NCBI GenBank assembly: GCA_051747805.1 | Contig: JBNJGP010000086.1 | Location: forward strand, 1 to 10,365 | Length of the DNA stretch: 10,365 nt | Source: Candidatus Muiribacteriota bacterium | Lineage (GTDB): Bacteria > Muiribacteriota > Muiribacteriia > Muiribacteriales > Muiribacteriaceae | Reading direction: 5' to 3' | Shown: positions 7,098 to 10,365 of the stretch, piece by piece | Layout of the letters: each line of letters starts with the position of its first letter | Numbering within the stretch: the first letter of the stretch is position 1 | The notes under the pieces: generated by a model | The model's input: only the letters and a program-made list of their open reading frames with translations | Told to the model about the DNA's origin: nothing | The model's database searches: none | Translations under genes and position numbers: made by a program

Positions 7098-8059
7098 ATA
7101 AACATTATTTGAGTTGTTTATTTCTTCCGTTATCTTTTTTAATTTTAACACTTTCCTCTTTTCACGGAATATATTACCTGCTTTTAATGCTTCCCGCCGC
7201 TTTACTGCTGAAATACAAAGATTCCTGTTATTCTATTTTTTTAACCACAGCCCTTGCGTTAACCCTTTTAAACTCAGGTGTTTATATTTTCGATGTTAGA
7301 TTTAAGCGATTTCTTGAATACAGCCCTTTAGAAATTTTTATATTAACTTTACTGATTAATTTATTTATTATTTCAGCGGGCTATTTATTTTTTAAAAAAA
7401 TAAAAGAAGAAGAAGACAGAAACCTGGATGAACTTGCAGATAAGTTTAACAAAGAAAGACAGGCTATTCTTGAAAAAGAAAACGAAATGAACCATAAAAT
7501 AAAAGATTATAAACTTGATTTTTCACAAAAAATTTCCATAATAAGAAAACTTATTGAAAACTATAATAACGACGAAAAAAATTTAATTCCAAATGAGCTG
7601 GATGAGGATATTATTTCTTTAATAAAAAACGTACTTAAACTTCAAAAATTTGTTTTTTTAAAGTATTCAAATGAGAAAAATCAATATATTAATGTGCACG
7701 AAGAAGATATGTTTTTAAGTGATATTAAAACTTCAAAATTTTTAAGATGGCTTCTTGACAGAGCCTTTAACTTTCCTGATAACATAAATTTATTAACAAA
7801 AGAAACAATGGAAAAAAACCCGCTTTTTACTCAAATTATAAAAAAAGATAAACATCTGCCAGAAATTTTTATCCCGGTTAAATCAGGCTCAAAGTTGTCG
7901 GCTTTTATTATTGCCTATAAAGATGAAGATGAAGAAAATACTACTAAAAAAATAGATAATGAGTTCAGGGCGCTGGCAACTCTTATAGGAGAGATAATTT
8001 CCTTAGTTTATAACAAAACTTTTTTAGCAAATAATGAGGAAACTAAGCCAACTATTTAA
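7094..8059 (+). CDS. Membrane protein: about 4 TM helices, coiled coil, GAF-like C-terminal domain, no output domain
   Basis: ATGA overlap with the upstream gene. Hydrophobic segments in aa 1-100, charged helical stretch KKIKEEEDRNLDELADKFNKERQAILEKENEMNHKIKD, and GAF-like end EIFIPVKSGSKLSAFIIAYKD...DNEFRALATLIGEIISLVYNK. Confidence 0.6.
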   Translation: MNKHYLSCLFLPLSFLILTLSSFHGIYYLLLMLPAALLLKYKDSCYSIFLTTALALTLLNSGVYIFDVRFKRFLEYSPLEIFILTLLINLFIISAGYLFFKKIKEEEDRNLDELADKFNKERQAILEKENEMNHKIKDYKLDFSQKISIIRKLIENYNNDEKNLIPNELDEDIISLIKNVLKLQKFVFLKYSNEKNQYINVHEEDMFLSDIKTSKFLRWLLDRAFNFPDNINLLTKETMEKNPLFTQIIKKDKHLPEIFIPVKSGSKLSAFIIAYKDEDEENTTKKIDNEFRALATLIGEIISLVYNKTFLANNEETKPTI

Positions 8060-8771
8060 AATAATTATATGCCTTCTTTAAATCCTCTGGAGTATTTATT
8101 TCAACCCCGTCATATTCTGTTTCTAAAACTTTAATTTTCAACCCGGAATACAGAGCCCTCAGCTGTTCTAACTTTTCAGCCTTTTCAATTTGCACAGATT
8201 CTGTATTTATTATTTTTTTTAAAGAATATTCATCATAGGCGTATAACCCAATATGTTTATAATAATGAGGGATAAAATCACCATCTCGATTAAACGGAAT
8301 AGGAAGTCTTGAAAAGTACAGAGCATTATCATTTTTGTCGCATACTACTTTCACAACTGATGTGCTGTTAATATCCTCTTTTTTGTCGATTTTCACTTTT
8401 AAAGTGGCCAGCCCTTTAAAACCTTTAAAATAAGGTTTTATTAACTTTTCAATCATATCCGGGCGTATAAAAGGCTCGTCTCCCTGTATATTTACCACAA
8501 CATCAGCCTTAATTTTTTCAACTACTTCAGCCACTCTTTCTGTACCGTTTCGATGATTTTTTGAAGTCATAATAACTTTACCATTAAAACTTTCAACATG
8601 GTTTAATATTTTTTCAGAATCAGTGGCCACAATAACATTATCTAAGTGTGTACACTTTATGGTATTCTCATAAACTCTCTGAATAAGGGATTTACCGTTA
8701 ATAAGCTGTAGCGGTTTTTCAAACAGTCTGGTTGAACCAATTCTTGCCGGGATAATTCCTGAAATTTTCAT
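8052..8771 (-). CDS. kdsB: 3-deoxy-manno-octulosonate cytidylyltransferase (CMP-Kdo synthetase)
   Basis: IIPARIGSTRL..KPL, VATDS, GTERVAE, VVNIQGDEP, ALYFSR..IP, KHIGLYAY and EKLEQLRAL motifs; AAGGAG RBS upstream. Confidence 0.96.
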   Translation of the reverse strand: MKISGIIPARIGSTRLFEKPLQLINGKSLIQRVYENTIKCTHLDNVIVATDSEKILNHVESFNGKVIMTSKNHRNGTERVAEVVEKIKADVVVNIQGDEPFIRPDMIEKLIKPYFKGFKGLATLKVKIDKKEDINSTSVVKVVCDKNDNALYFSRLPIPFNRDGDFIPHYYKHIGLYAYDEYSLKKIINTESVQIEKAEKLEQLRALYSGLKIKVLETEYDGVEINTPEDLKKAYNYFK

Positions 8772-8805
8772 TTTAGCTCCTTATCTTTCATTGTTAATCT
8801 CTCTT

Positions 8806-8838
8806 AAAAAAAGAGGCAGAGTATTAAACTCTGCCCCT
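8806..8838 (-). terminator. Rho-independent terminator of gdhA
   Basis: Minus strand reads AGGGGCAGAGT-TTAAT-ACTCTGCCTCT (11-bp stem with one G-U pair) followed by a T-tract, about 30 nt after the gdhA stop. Confidence 0.9.
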
Positions 8839-8869
8839 GTAATTATAATTTTGTTATTCAACTTTAAGT

Positions 8870-10123
8870 TTACGGAAAAACACCTCTTACTTTAATAACA
8901 TCCGCAACTTTTTCCATAGCTATCATATAGGCTGCGGTTCTTAAATCTGTCTTATGCTCAACAGCTCTATCAATAACTCTGTTAGTATTTGCATCCATTT
9001 TATCTTTCAGGTCTTTATTAACTCTTTCTTCAGTCCAGTAATAGTAGTCCATGTTCTGAACCCATTCAAAATAACTTACAATAACTCCACCTGCATTTGC
9101 AAGAATATCAGGAATAATCCACACACCTTTATCAAATAAAATTTTATCTGCTTCAGGAGTAGTTGGGCCATTAGCACCTTCTGCAATTAATTTAGCTTTA
9201 ATATTGTTTGCATTTTCACTTGTAATAACATTTGCAAGTGCTGCGGGAACAAGTATATCACAATCCTGCTCGATCATTTCAGCATTAGTCATTTTTTTGC
9301 CACCTGAATAAGCCGCTATAGTACCATCTTTTTCAAGAAGCTCAACTAATTTTTCTACATCCAGTCCATTCGGGTCATAAAATGCACCGTTTACATCAGA
9401 AGCTCCTACTAATTTACAGCCACATTCTTTAACCATGAGATCCGCTGCTATAGAACCAACATTACCAAATCCCTGAACTATCAGGTTAGAACCAGCCAAA
9501 TGAAGACCCATTCTTTTTGCAGCAACCTCAGCTGAAAATCTAACTCCTCTACCAGTTGCTTCAAATCTACCCTCAGAACCACCAAGATTAAGCGGTTTTC
9601 CAGTTAATGCAGCACATGTTCCAGAAGATTTTACCTGAAGATATGTATCAATCATCCAGCCCATTATTTTAGGATTGGTTCCTACATCAGGAGCCGGTAT
9701 ATCTTTATGTTCGCCAATATCATCTGCTATAGAATAAATAAATCTTCTTGCAAGCCTTTCAAGTTCACTTTCTGAAAACTGACTAATATCACAGGCAACT
9801 CCGCCTTTACCGCCACCATAAGGTACTCCGGCAACAGCACATTTCCAGGTCATCCAACCCGCAAGTGCTTTAACTTCATCAAGATCTACTTCATGATGAA
9901 ATCGGATTCCACCTTTGCATGGGCCTAAAGCATCATTATACTGTACTCTATACGCATCAAAAACTTTTATAGAGCCATCATCCATTTTAATTGGACAACT
10001 AACGCCGATACTTTTTTTTGGAGCCTTTAAAATTTCAACAAGGTTCCGGTCCATATCAAGCATATCCGCTACTTTGTCAATCTGTTTGCACATGTTCTCA
10101 AACGGATTCATTGTTTCGGCCAT
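8870..10123 (-). CDS. gdhA: Glutamate dehydrogenase (Glu/Leu/Phe/Val dehydrogenase family), 417 aa; start moved to ATG at 10123
   Basis: GPCKGGIRFH, MTWKCA, GGGKGG, DIPAPDVGT, ATGRG, GFGNVG, EGANGP and PDILANAGGV motifs. AGGAGG at 10135-10130 lies 6 nt before ATG 10123. Confidence 0.95.
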   Translation of the reverse strand: MAETMNPFENMCKQIDKVADMLDMDRNLVEILKAPKKSIGVSCPIKMDDGSIKVFDAYRVQYNDALGPCKGGIRFHHEVDLDEVKALAGWMTWKCAVAGVPYGGGKGGVACDISQFSESELERLARRFIYSIADDIGEHKDIPAPDVGTNPKIMGWMIDTYLQVKSSGTCAALTGKPLNLGGSEGRFEATGRGVRFSAEVAAKRMGLHLAGSNLIVQGFGNVGSIAADLMVKECGCKLVGASDVNGAFYDPNGLDVEKLVELLEKDGTIAAYSGGKKMTNAEMIEQDCDILVPAALANVITSENANNIKAKLIAEGANGPTTPEADKILFDKGVWIIPDILANAGGVIVSYFEWVQNMDYYYWTEERVNKDLKDKMDANTNRVIDRAVEHKTDLRTAAYMIAMEKVADVIKVRGVFP

Positions 10124-10184
10124 ATTATTCCTCCTAGGCATTTATTATTTTGGGAAATCTCCCATAAAAAACTCCCGAATTTTT

Positions 10185-10213
10185 ATTTTATTAACGTTAT
10201 CTAATATTGTCAA
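10185..10213 (-). promoter_or_regulatory. sigma70-type promoter of gdhA
   Basis: TTGACA (10213-10208), 17 bp spacer, TAAAAT (10190-10185). Confidence 0.85.
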
Positions 10214-10276
10214 TTAAAAAGATAGAAAAAAAGTGCTGTGACCGAAAGTTAAAACTTTACAGTGACGGTAAGAGCC

Positions 10277-10325
10277 GTGAGAAGTGAGAGGTGAGAAGTG
10301 AGAAGTAAGAAGTAAGAGGTGAGAC
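10277..10325 (+). repeat. Heptamer tandem repeat, 7 x GTRAGAV
   Basis: GTGAGAA GTGAGAG GTGAGAA GTGAGAA GTAAGAA GTAAGAG GTGAGAC. A further out-of-phase copy GTAAGAG lies at 10268-10274, and decayed copies follow 10325. Confidence 0.9.
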
Positions 10326-10365
10326 GATAAGATCAAGAGGTTAAAATTTATTACGAAATAAAATC

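Noticed and set aside
6781..7299. Alternative-frame ORFs 6781..6996 and 7114..7299
   Set aside because: They are short, nested out of frame in longer credible genes, and have no motifs.
8954..10217. Plus-strand ORFs 8954..9139 and 9915..10217, and the MPRRNN extension of GdhA
   Set aside because: The ORFs are antisense to gdhA, and the extension simply translates the RBS region.
10272..10310. GAGCCGTG resembling the start of group II intron domain V
   Set aside because: There is no complementary ...ACGGTTC arm and no domain VI; the sequence runs straight into the heptamer array.
10277..10325. Repeat array as a CRISPR
   Set aside because: The units are 7 bp and contiguous, with no spacers and no cas genes in the window.

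Overview
AT-rich bacterial chromosomal window made mostly of housekeeping genes. On the minus strand lie gdhA (glutamate dehydrogenase, with a clear sigma70 promoter and intrinsic terminator) and kdsB. Also on the minus strand are a tightly coupled gltX-cysS-mrnC(Mini-III)-rlmB operon and a separately promoted tRNA-Thr(TGT)/tRNA-Tyr(GTA)/tRNA-Thr(GGT)-tuf unit. Between these, on the plus strand, is a translationally coupled two-gene unit. The first gene encodes an exported M48/BepA-like protein with TPR repeats whose zinc-binding and catalytic residues are all lost (HEXXH reads RQLYL). The second encodes a 4-TM + coiled-coil + GAF-like protein with no output domain. This pair is the best candidate for an uncharacterised system, possibly envelope sensing by a pseudo-protease. 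The gltX upstream region holds two short elements bounded by inverted repeats (MITE-like), one with a 7-bp flanking direct repeat. A GTRAGAV heptamer tandem array lies upstream of the gdhA promoter. All calls come from reading the sequence; no searches were run.
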